In this document: positions 48,928 to 57,490 of the stretch, piece after piece
Layout: each line of letters begins with the position of its first letter
Numbering within the stretch: the stretch's first letter is position 1
Assembly (NCBI GenBank): GCA_965223865.1
Contig: OZ245020.1
Coordinates: forward strand, 1,280,001 to 1,344,000
Length of the DNA: 64,000 nt
Reading direction: 5' to 3'
DNA from: Nitrosarchaeum sp.
GTDB lineage: Archaea > Thermoproteota > Nitrososphaeria > Nitrososphaerales > Nitrosopumilaceae
Notes under the pieces: generated by a model
What the model was told of the DNA's origin: nothing
Seen by the model: the letters and a program-made list of their open reading frames with translations, nothing else
The model's database searches: none
Program-made: the position numbers and the translations under genes

Positions 48928-51597
48928 ATGAAACAGGTTTATTTTTTTGATGAAGGAGACGGTAAAAACAAGAAACTCTTAGGAGGAAAAGGAGCCGGTC
49001 TATGCGAAATGACCCGACTAAAGCTACCCGTACCCCCGGGATTTATAATTACAACTGAGGTTTGTAAAAAATACTATGAAAATAAAAATAAACTGCCAAA
49101 AACACTCATGGCAGAAGTAAAAAAGAATATTGTAAAAATTGAAAAACAAACGGGAAAAAAATGGAATTCTAAATCAAACCCACTTTTGGTATCTGTAAGG
49201 TCTGGTGCGGCAATATCTATGCCAGGAATGATGGATACTATTTTGAATTTAGGCCTTAATGATCAAACAGTAATTGGATTATCCGAAAAAAGTAACAATC
49301 CAAGATTTGCCTGGGACTCTTATAGAAGATTCATTCAGTTATTTGGAAAAGTTGTATTTGGAGTAGATGATAAGAAATTTGATGATGTTTTAAATGCAGC
49401 AAAAGAAAAACAAAATGTAGAGGCTGACAGTGATTTAAACGAAGAATCACTAAGGGAGATTGTAGAGGAATACAAAAAAATCTGTGAAAATCATACAAAA
49501 AGAGAATTTCCATCTGATCCTACCGAACAGTTAGAGCTTGCAATCAAGGCAGTATTTGGCAGCTGGATGGGAGAAAGAGCAATTGTATATAGAGAGAAAA
49601 ATAACATTACCAAAGATATCGCAGATGGTACTGGCGTAAATGTAGTATCTATGGCATTTGGAAACATGGGAAACGATAGTGCCACTGGCGTTGTGTTTAC
49701 AAGAAATCCTGGAGATGGCTCCCGTCACATTTATGGTGAATATCTTGTAAATGCTCAAGGAGAAGATGTTGTAGCAGGAGTTAGAACTGGAAAACAAGTA
49801 GATGAGATGAAAAAAGAACTTCCAGATTCATACAAACAATTAGCCAAAACATGTGAACGACTAGAAAAACATTACAGAGAACCACAAGACATTGAGTTTA
49901 CAATTGAACAAGGACGATTTTATTTACTGCAAACAAGAAATGCAAAAATGAATGCAGTTGGAATGGTAAAAACATCAGTTGATATGGTTAAAGAAAAACT
50001 AATTGATAAAAAAAGATCAATTACAAGACTACAAGCTGAACAATTAGAACAACTATTGCACAAAACTATTGATTCAAGTGCTATCAAAAACTCGGCCATT
50101 TTTGTAAAAGGAATTGCCGCATCTCCCGGAGCTGCAAGTGGTTTGGCAGTGTTTGATGTAAAAAGAGCAACAACAATGGGAGAAAATGGTGCCAAAATAA
50201 TTCTGATCAGAGAAGAGACAAAACCAGAAGATGTACCTGCATTTTTTGAATCCGTTGGAATTTTGACTAGTAGAGGTGGAAAAACATCACATGCAGCAGT
50301 AGTTGCACGAGGAATGGGAAAACCATGCATTGTTGGATGTTCTGAGTTGAAAATTGATTATGATAACAAACAATGTACTGTTGATGGAAAAACTGTTCAG
50401 GAAGGAGAAGTAATAACAATTGATGGTAGCACTGGCTCTGTATTTCTTGGAGAAATCCCAACAATTGAACCAAAAATCACCAAAGATTTCAAGACAATAT
50501 TAGAATGGGCACAACAAGCAAAAAAGATTGGAATCAGGGCTAATGCCGATACCCCAGAAGGTGCTAAATTGGCAAAGGAGTTTGGCGGTCAGGGAATTGG
50601 ATTGTGCAGAACAGAAAGAATGTTCAACGGAAAGGACAGAATTGGTCTATTTGTAGATATGATAATGGCTGAAAATATTGAGGAAAGAAAGAAAGTTCTA
50701 AACAAATTAGGCCAATTACAAAAAAGTGATTTTATTGAAATTCTTAAAACTATGAAAGGTTTTCCCGTTACAATTCGACTTTTAGATCCTCCACTACACG
50801 AATTTTTACCAAACCCTGAAGAATTGGCTGAAAAGATTCACAAATTAGAATCACAAAATGAAAAAGAAGAAATTGAGAATACAAGAATTATTCTACAAAG
50901 AGCAAGAGAATTAGCAGAGATAAACCCTATGATGGGACATCGAGGAGTACGAGTAGGCATTACATATCCTGAAATTTATGAGATGCAAATTCGTGCTGTG
51001 TTTGAAGCCGCAGCAGAATTGGCAAAAAAGAAGGTTGATGCTCATCCACAAATCATGATTCCTCAAATTAGCAATGTTGCAGAATTAAATCACATAAAGA
51101 AGATTTATGATAAAATCAAAAAAGAAATGGAATCAAAACACAAAATGAAGCTAAAGATTAATTTTGGAACAATGATTGAAGTTGTAAGAGCCGCCTTAAC
51201 TGCAAATGAACTTGCAGAGACTGCAGAATTCTTTAGCTTTGGTACAAACGATCTTACACAAGGCACCTTTAGTTTTAGTCGTGAAGATGTAGAAGGAAAA
51301 TTTCTGCCCGAATATATGGATAAGGAAATTCTTGAGCGAAACCCATTTCAATCAATTGATGTTATTGGCTTAGGTAGTTTGATGAAGATTGGAATTACAA
51401 ATGGCCGTCAAATTAAACCCAAAATGGAAATAGGAATTTGTGGAGAGCATGGAGGAGATCCAAATTCCATTAAATTCTGTCATGGTGTTGGATTGAGTTA
51501 TGTTAGTGCTTCTCCTCACAGAATTCCAATTGCAATAGTTGCAGCCGCACAAGCAGCAATAGAGCAACCAAAGAAAATTGCAAAAAAGAAAAAGTAA
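48928..51597 (+). CDS. ppdK: pyruvate, phosphate dikinase
   Basis: LGGKG, SVRSGA..SMPGMMDT, GGKTSHAAVVARG, FGTNDLTQ and GICGEHGG motifs. Confidence 0.98.
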   Translation: MKQVYFFDEGDGKNKKLLGGKGAGLCEMTRLKLPVPPGFIITTEVCKKYYENKNKLPKTLMAEVKKNIVKIEKQTGKKWNSKSNPLLVSVRSGAAISMPGMMDTILNLGLNDQTVIGLSEKSNNPRFAWDSYRRFIQLFGKVVFGVDDKKFDDVLNAAKEKQNVEADSDLNEESLREIVEEYKKICENHTKREFPSDPTEQLELAIKAVFGSWMGERAIVYREKNNITKDIADGTGVNVVSMAFGNMGNDSATGVVFTRNPGDGSRHIYGEYLVNAQGEDVVAGVRTGKQVDEMKKELPDSYKQLAKTCERLEKHYREPQDIEFTIEQGRFYLLQTRNAKMNAVGMVKTSVDMVKEKLIDKKRSITRLQAEQLEQLLHKTIDSSAIKNSAIFVKGIAASPGAASGLAVFDVKRATTMGENGAKIILIREETKPEDVPAFFESVGILTSRGGKTSHAAVVARGMGKPCIVGCSELKIDYDNKQCTVDGKTVQEGEVITIDGSTGSVFLGEIPTIEPKITKDFKTILEWAQQAKKIGIRANADTPEGAKLAKEFGGQGIGLCRTERMFNGKDRIGLFVDMIMAENIEERKKVLNKLGQLQKSDFIEILKTMKGFPVTIRLLDPPLHEFLPNPEELAEKIHKLESQNEKEEIENTRIILQRARELAEINPMMGHRGVRVGITYPEIYEMQIRAVFEAAAELAKKKVDAHPQIMIPQISNVAELNHIKKIYDKIKKEMESKHKMKLKINFGTMIEVVRAALTANELAETAEFFSFGTNDLTQGTFSFSREDVEGKFLPEYMDKEILERNPFQSIDVIGLGSLMKIGITNGRQIKPKMEIGICGEHGGDPNSIKFCHGVGLSYVSASPHRIPIAIVAAAQAAIEQPKKIAKKKK

Positions 51598-51643
51598 ACC
51601 ATACAGCAGATTTTAAAATAAGCAAATCACTTACAATAGTAAA

Positions 51644-52201
51644 TTGCTTCCTAGAATTGATTCAATAAAACAAATGAGACAAAAAATTGGCATTACCCAA
51701 AAAAAACTAGCTACTATGACAGGGGTAAGCACTTCTATGATCAACCAAATAGAATCAGGTCGAAGCCAACCAAGTTACGATACTGCAAAAAAAATTTTTG
51801 ATAGTTTAGCAAATTTGGAAGGAAAATCTTCTTCTCATATTGCAGGTGATTTTTGCAGTAAAGATATTGTAAAACTAAAACCAAAAAACACCTTACACGA
51901 TGCAATAAAAAAAATGCATCAGCTATCTATTAGCCAAATTCCTGTCTTTAATGGTCAGGATTTGGTAGGAATTGTTTCAGAGGATGGAATTGTAAAACAT
52001 CTTGCAGATGTAGGTGAGGCAGAATTGAAAAATGCAAAATTGGCAGATACTATGGAGCCCGTTCCACCAATTGTAGATTATAATACTCCTGCAAATGTTC
52101 TAGTGCCACTCATTAGATACTCAAAATGTATACTGGTTTCAAAAAATTCAAAATTTATTGGAATCATTACTGCATCTGACACATTAAAAATGATGGAATG
52201 A
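51644..52201 (+). CDS. XRE-HTH + CBS-domain transcriptional regulator
   Basis: GITQKKLA...STSMINQIESGRSQPSY followed by a CBS pair. Confidence 0.9.
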   Translation: MLPRIDSIKQMRQKIGITQKKLATMTGVSTSMINQIESGRSQPSYDTAKKIFDSLANLEGKSSSHIAGDFCSKDIVKLKPKNTLHDAIKKMHQLSISQIPVFNGQDLVGIVSEDGIVKHLADVGEAELKNAKLADTMEPVPPIVDYNTPANVLVPLIRYSKCILVSKNSKFIGIITASDTLKMME

Positions 52202-52212
52202 TTTTAAAAAAA

Positions 52213-52608
52213 TTACTTTGGATGCGAACATAATTCAGCCAAAACACCATGTAGTGATTTTGGATGAATAAAAGTAACCTTTGTTCCTGCGGAACCTGGT
52301 CTTATTTGACCCAAGAATTGTACTCCGCATCCTTCCATTCTTGTTACCTCTCCTTCTATGTTGTCAGTTTCCAAAGCCATATGATGTAGGCCTTGTCCTT
52401 TTTTCTCTAGGAATTTCTTAATTGGACTATTTTCGTTTGTAGGTTGCATAAGCTCAATTCTTCCATTTTCCAGATGGATGATTGCTACTTTGACGCCTTC
52501 GGTTTCGACCGTCTCAAATTCAACATCATCAACTCCTAATGCTTCTTGGTATTTTTTTGCTGATTCTTCCACATCATTTACTGCTATTGCAATATGATCG
52601 ATTTTCAT
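52213..52608 (-). CDS. mce: methylmalonyl-CoA epimerase
   Basis: IDHIAIAV, IELMQP, GLHHMAL and FIHPKSLHGVLAEL motifs. Confidence 0.93.
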   Translation of the reverse strand: MKIDHIAIAVNDVEESAKKYQEALGVDDVEFETVETEGVKVAIIHLENGRIELMQPTNENSPIKKFLEKKGQGLHHMALETDNIEGEVTRMEGCGVQFLGQIRPGSAGTKVTFIHPKSLHGVLAELCSHPK

Positions 52609-52750
52609 CTAATCTCTATATCATATTGATGTCTATATTTGGTTTTTTGATCTGTAAAATTTAAGAATAAAATTGCTTTAGAAATTAGTAATTGTTGAAA
52701 ATTGTTCATTTTTACAATAAAGACAATCTTTTCAGCGATAAAATTATTCT

Positions 52751-52900
52751 TCAACCTAACCTTTCAATCTCTGATCGAGTTTGGTTTAATTCTTTTTCTA
52801 ATTTTATTTTATCATTTTCAGAAAGTGAATTATCGCATAATCTCTGCAAAATCAGAAATTCCTTGTTTTTTAACGAAGTAAGATAATTTTGTTCAGTCAT
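52751..52900 (-). CDS. 49-aa helical hypothetical protein (not in ORF track)
   Basis: MTEQNYLTSLKNKEFLILQRLCDNSLSENDKIKLEKELNQTRSEIERLG, with a TTTAAG box upstream. More coding-like than the + strand ORF here. Confidence 0.6.
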   Translation of the reverse strand: MTEQNYLTSLKNKEFLILQRLCDNSLSENDKIKLEKELNQTRSEIERLG

Positions 52901-53034
52901 GAATTTCAAAATATTTCTTTGAACTTAAAATTTTCTTTAATTTTCAAAAAGAAAATAATTTAGTAACAAAATCAAATTTGGTAAAATTCAGAACACCATT
53001 AATCTCAAATTATATGATCTCAAACACAAACTAA

Positions 53035-53928
53035 TTACAATTTTCCTTTCATTGCCAATACATTAACAATATCTGATTTTGTTATAATCCCTACTAGTTT
53101 TTTACCTCTCATGACTGGAATACCACTAATACCATGTCTTATCATTAGTATGGCTGCAGTATACACCACATCATCTGCATATACCACAAATGGATTTTTT
53201 GTCATAATATCACTTGCAGAAAAAGTTAGCATATAGCTTAGTCTATTTATGTTAAATTCATTTAATTGTGGATTTTGTGATATTTCTGCTCTTTCTGAGG
53301 GATTTGTGAATTCTTTGTAGGCCTCAAAGGTTTTTGCAGGTACAAAATCACGATAAGTAATAATTCCTACTGGGTGATTGTTTTTTTCTACAACTACTCT
53401 ACTTATGTTATTGTTGAACAAAATACTTTGAACCTCAAATAGTGATTCCTTTGGAGAAACAGTGATCACTTTTTTTGTCATAATTTTAGAGACATTCAAT
53501 GATGCAGTACTTTGAACTAGAAAAGTTGAAACTAGATCTGTCTTAGTTACAACCCCTACAAGTTCTTGGGAGTCATTTATAATTATAGAACTAATACCGT
53601 GTTTTTTCATTAATTTTGCACATTCATAAATTGATGAATCATAATGCATGGTGATTAGATTTTTTGACATTATGTTGCCAACTGAAATTTTTGCTAATGG
53701 TTTTCCGCTAAACACTGAAATGCTTTTGGCAATATCTTTTTCAGTAACTATCCCGACAGCTCTTCTGCCAGACTTTATAATCACTCTCCCAATTTTAAAT
53801 CTCAATAAAACATCTCTTGCTTCTAAGATACTCGTATTTGGGGTAACTATTATTGGAATTTTAATAATAGATTTTAGATTCACAGGAATATCTGCTAAAA
53901 TTTTTTGTTTTCTTTTCATCAATATCAA
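53035..53928 (-). CDS. tandem CBS-domain protein (4 CBS)
   Basis: Repeated VGIVTEKDI, VGVVTKTDL, VGIITYRDF and LVGIITKSDI segments. Confidence 0.92.
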   Translation of the reverse strand: MILMKRKQKILADIPVNLKSIIKIPIIVTPNTSILEARDVLLRFKIGRVIIKSGRRAVGIVTEKDIAKSISVFSGKPLAKISVGNIMSKNLITMHYDSSIYECAKLMKKHGISSIIINDSQELVGVVTKTDLVSTFLVQSTASLNVSKIMTKKVITVSPKESLFEVQSILFNNNISRVVVEKNNHPVGIITYRDFVPAKTFEAYKEFTNPSERAEISQNPQLNEFNINRLSYMLTFSASDIMTKNPFVVYADDVVYTAAILMIRHGISGIPVMRGKKLVGIITKSDIVNVLAMKGKL

Positions 53929-54000
53929 AAAAATTCGTATCTATATCAATAACAGATAAAATATCAACATTGAAAATCATATCTTGTATTAAAATTAAAA

Positions 54001-54233
54001 AAATTAGCTGACACTTTTTTATTAGATTTCTTTAAGATTAACGCAAATACTCCTGATTGTAAATATATTCCACCATTTCCTTTCCGAACAAAATCAGAGA
54101 TTATTTTTCCGTCTGGAGAATTTGAAATGTACGTTACATTACAAGAACTTCAAGCCTGCAAAGATTCAAACTTTTACAGGATTCTTGAAGGATATCAATT
54201 ATACCAAATTCTGATATTTATCCATATAACTAA
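54001..54233 (+). pseudogene. eroded fragment resembling a protein-primed family B DNA polymerase (mobile element relic)
   Basis: Start-less frame FFKINANTPDCKYIPPFPFRTKSEIIFPSGEFEMYVTLQELQAC...ILEGYQ, then frameshifted PNSDIYPY. Confidence 0.55.
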
Positions 54234-54432
54234 TTTATACAAAATTTGTGCGTGATAACCATATCAAAATGGAAATCATACCGTATTCGTGCGTGTCAAA
54301 ACCTTATGATTCAATGGTTTTACTCGTGAGATTATTCTATTTGGTTTTGAGGTGTTGGTATAAGGTAAATGGTGCTGCAATGATCTTTACATTTTAAATT
54401 ATTTTCATTAATTCAAGAACTATCTGAAAAAA

Positions 54433-54591
54433 CTATTTGGTACTCAATCCTTTTTTCAGAACAAGATTCACTACGTATGAAAAACTGATATTTCTTTTAG
54501 TCTTCTTTATCATGTTAGCTTGTATTTCTCGAAGCTTGTCTTCAAGTTCTTTATCCATCATAATGGAAAGTCTATTGATTTTTTCATTCAT
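54433..54591 (-). CDS. 52-aa ribbon-helix-helix-like protein (not in ORF track)
   Basis: MNEKINRLSIMMDKELEDKLREIQANMIKKTKRNISFSYVVNLVLKKGLSTK has an RLSIMMD strand and an SFS.VVN helix start. Confidence 0.75.
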   Translation of the reverse strand: MNEKINRLSIMMDKELEDKLREIQANMIKKTKRNISFSYVVNLVLKKGLSTK

Positions 54592-54629
54592 TTTTTGTGT
54601 TTTCTCCTAAAAAAGAAAAAGAAAGAGTA

Positions 54630-55150
54630 CTAGTAATCCAGAATGACATCTGCATCACTTAGTACTTTTTGTAGTCTTGGCATAAGTGGATGACCATCCA
54701 CTTCAATTCCAGTCATAAGATCCTCAACACCAGAGTTCACAATACAGTGCTGGCAGGCTATCACTCTGCCGCCATCCTCTATGAATGCTTTGAGGGTGTC
54801 ATGTCCTACCTTTAGTTCAGGGGGATGTTGATTGTCTGCAAGAACAGGAGAATTTACATCCAAAAATATGACCACTTCCTTTCCTGCCTCTTGGAATGCC
54901 TTTGCATGTTGCACTCCCATCATTGCAGCATGACTCTCATAGCTACTGTTAGGATCACCAGTTGTTAGATGAACAAGGTAGTCTTTTCTGAATCCATCAT
55001 TACTGAGGCTGGAATAAAACCCGATATTCCACCAGTTACAGCGTCTGCCGATTGCTGTGATGCAGGAAAAGCAGTAACGGCAACCAGAAATATGGCCGCA
55101 AAGACTGGAATTGCAACTGAATATTTCAGTACATTATTACTCATTGGCAT
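54630..55150 (-). pseudogene. secreted DsrE-family protein split by a 1-nt frameshift
   Basis: Signal-peptide ORF 54965..55150 joins DYLVHLTTGDP...VVIFLDVNSP...GRVIACQHC if one base is added near the T4 run at 54984-54987. Confidence 0.75.
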
Positions 55151-55205
55151 TATAATGACATAATGTTAAAAAACAAAATTGGTGACTTCGTCTAATGTAC
55201 CAATA

Positions 55206-55715
55206 TTATAGTGCCAGAAAAATATCCTCTGAATGTTCCTTTTTGCTGTCAAGCAATTTTGAAAACTCTTTTCTGAAGGTGTGTTTTAGCAGTCCCATAT
55301 TTTTTATTTTATAGAATACTTTGCCGTCTTTTCTGTATTTTTCAACTACCTCATTTTTTATCAATTCAGAGAGATTCCACGAAACAGTAGAGGGGCTCTT
55401 GTCAATCTTTGATACAATCTTTGATACAATCTCTTTGAAGGTGGGTTTGCCATTTACTATTATTTGTAACAAAATTTTCTTTTTTGTAGGCTTTCGCAGA
55501 TTTCTGATAATGTCAAATTCTTCCTCATCAACATTCAAAGAATAGTACCGCTTGTACCTCGTATATTTTTTTGATTTTATTTTTCCATCTTTTTCCAATT
55601 TGTCAAGATAATGGACAACAACTCCATTTTCTAGACCTGTTTCCTTGATCAATCCCCTTACATGAATTCCAGGATTATCCTTAATGATCTCCAATATGAG
55701 ATTTGGTCTTTTCAA
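55206..55715 (-). CDS. double winged-helix transcriptional regulator
   Basis: ILEIIKDNPGIH...HYLDKLE and SPSTVSWNLSEL. Contains a 12-bp IVSK duplication. Confidence 0.88.
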   Translation of the reverse strand: MKRPNLILEIIKDNPGIHVRGLIKETGLENGVVVHYLDKLEKDGKIKSKKYTRYKRYYSLNVDEEEFDIIRNLRKPTKKKILLQIIVNGKPTFKEIVSKIVSKIDKSPSTVSWNLSELIKNEVVEKYRKDGKVFYKIKNMGLLKHTFRKEFSKLLDSKKEHSEDIFLAL

Positions 55716-55743
55716 TCTAGGCTTTGTTGCTGTGTGTTAATAT

Positions 55744-55872
55744 CTAAGATTTTTGATGTATCTTGTGTCTGGTTCCATCTTCATGAATACATTCATCTCC
55801 AACATGGCGATGATTTTCATGTCCTTTGTGCTTGTGATGTTCCTGATCTTCGCAGTCACATGCTTTTTCCAA
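55744..55872 (-). CDS. 42-aa His/Cys-rich metal-binding micropeptide (not in ORF track)
   Basis: MEKACDCEDQEHHKHKGHENHRHVGDECIHEDGTRHKIHQKS has 9 His and 3 Cys. TTG start (or GTG at 55875) with an AT-rich TATA-like box about 25 nt upstream. Confidence 0.7.
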   Translation of the reverse strand: MEKACDCEDQEHHKHKGHENHRHVGDECIHEDGTRHKIHQKS

Positions 55873-56048
55873 CACTAAAAAATGCTAAATTCGCCATTAA
55901 TAATTAAAATATAATTTTCAACAATGAAAAAATACTTAAAAAAAAATATATGAAATGCCAAAATCTGATAACAGTTTTAGTATATTCAAATTCGATAAAC
56001 TCACCAATTTCTTTTTGTTTTGTTTTTGGTAAGTAACAATGAAGAAAA

Positions 56049-56369
56049 ATGAATTCTCAACAGAAAGAAAAGAAAATGCCATGGAAATGGTATGTTGGAT
56101 TTGTGTTGGCGGGGTTGGCCATATTGATGATGGTCACAATTGCTCCTATCTGGCACTGGTTTCCAGTAGAAATTACAGAACAAGGAACAGTACTGGCAAT
56201 AGTTGAGAAAGGATGTGTTATTCAAACACCATCAGTATCAATGCCAGTGATTCAAGAATGCAGTGCACAGCCAGGAGAAGTCATTGATGTGACATATTTT
56301 GTTCCATCAAAAGTAACAAGCGGTTACTTTGAGAGAATGCAAGAAAGAGCAGCACTAGTCCAACCATAA
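56049..56369 (+). CDS. membrane-anchored small beta-barrel protein with two Cys
   Basis: N-terminal TM, then GCVIQT...ECSAQPG...GYFERMQE. Paralog of 63077..63394. Confidence 0.8.
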   Translation: MNSQQKEKKMPWKWYVGFVLAGLAILMMVTIAPIWHWFPVEITEQGTVLAIVEKGCVIQTPSVSMPVIQECSAQPGEVIDVTYFVPSKVTSGYFERMQERAALVQP

Positions 56370-56623
56370 TATTTTTTTGAATTTTCATAAGGATGATTTT
56401 CAAACCAGGATGAAATTAACATTATTCTCAAATTTGGTGTTGTTCACAGATAGACCTGTCATTTTCTTTGTCGAATTTACAAATCATTTCGTCAATACTA
56501 CATCACACAATGAACATTTTGTATCTTTTTCGCTGTGACAGATATGGTTTTGTCATTTTAAACACTGATTTTTAAATAGACTAGTGTACATGCATTATCA
56601 AATATAAAAAAGAAAAAATGTTC

Positions 56624-57190
56624 CTATCCTCCTGTGACAGGGAATATATGAACATGCATACTTTTGTGTGTGTAAATGTGACCCATGCCATTTAGCGGAA
56701 CATCAACAGTTGCAGATCCAGACCATCCGCCTTCAACAATTCCAGTACCTACTAAATCACCAGCTCCTGCAGATACTGAAATCTTTTGGTTGACTCCATT
56801 ACCTCCAACATTTACTTCCTTGAGGGTAACTCTCAGGGCTTTCTCGTTTACTGGTTCTACATTAGAAATCTTCACACCAACAACTGAGGACATTGCCTTG
56901 TAGTACGGCTCACAGTAATGCGGGGGCATGTCTCCACCCATGTGGCATTGCTGATGAACTGTTCCAGGTCCATAAAATACTCCATGTCTACTTGGACCTC
57001 CACCACTGCCCATCATTCCGCTAGAGCTGCCATCTCCACCACCGTGACTCATTCCTCCACCAGAGCCTCCACCTCCTCCCATTCCACCCATCTGGGCTTC
57101 AACAGAAGAAAAGTCAGACGTGAATACAAGCGCAGATGACACAATCACTCCTGCAATGATTCCAATCAAAAGGCCTCGATTGATATTCAT
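56624..57190 (-). CDS. secreted Met/Gly/His-rich protein
   Basis: Signal peptide, MGGMGG linker, HQQCHMGGDMPPHYCEP and HIYTHKSMHVH. Confidence 0.82.
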   Translation of the reverse strand: MNINRGLLIGIIAGVIVSSALVFTSDFSSVEAQMGGMGGGGGSGGGMSHGGGDGSSSGMMGSGGGPSRHGVFYGPGTVHQQCHMGGDMPPHYCEPYYKAMSSVVGVKISNVEPVNEKALRVTLKEVNVGGNGVNQKISVSAGAGDLVGTGIVEGGWSGSATVDVPLNGMGHIYTHKSMHVHIFPVTGG

Positions 57191-57311
57191 TGGTTATGAG
57201 AAAGAATATTGTAATTTAACTCACAAACCAGATTGTCACTTTTGATTTTCATATCTCAAAATCATATTTTTTGGAAAATTTCTCTGAATTATTCAAAAAA
57301 AGGTCAAATGA

Positions 57312-57380
57312 GTGGTCCTTATCTATACCCCATACACGTTGTGCTGGGGATATAGTTAAGCAGTAATTTATCAGACCCAC
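57312..57380. ncRNA. candidate structured intergenic RNA
   Basis: Hairpin CTTA.CTATACCCCA/TGGGG.TATAG.TAAG enclosed by GTGGTC/GACCCAC, forming a GC-rich island in an AT-rich gap. Confidence 0.35.
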
Positions 57381-57490
57381 GTGGTAGTATTTTTAATTCA
57401 GAAATTATTTCAAGTATATTTTGAGATGTTTTAACAATTAAAACATAGATCCATCTATTTACTAGCGTGGTTTAGCCCACACATACAAAA

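Noticed and set aside
52692-52886. 64-aa plus-strand ORF
   Set aside because: It is the shadow of the more plausible minus-strand ORF 52751..52900.
55662-55907. 81-aa Cys-rich plus-strand ORF
   Set aside because: It overlaps the start of the wHTH gene in antisense. The minus-strand His-rich ORF fits the operon orientation and promoter position better.
56990-57090. CCA/CCT-rich low-complexity DNA
   Set aside because: It is explained by the Gly/Met linker codons of the 56624..57190 protein.
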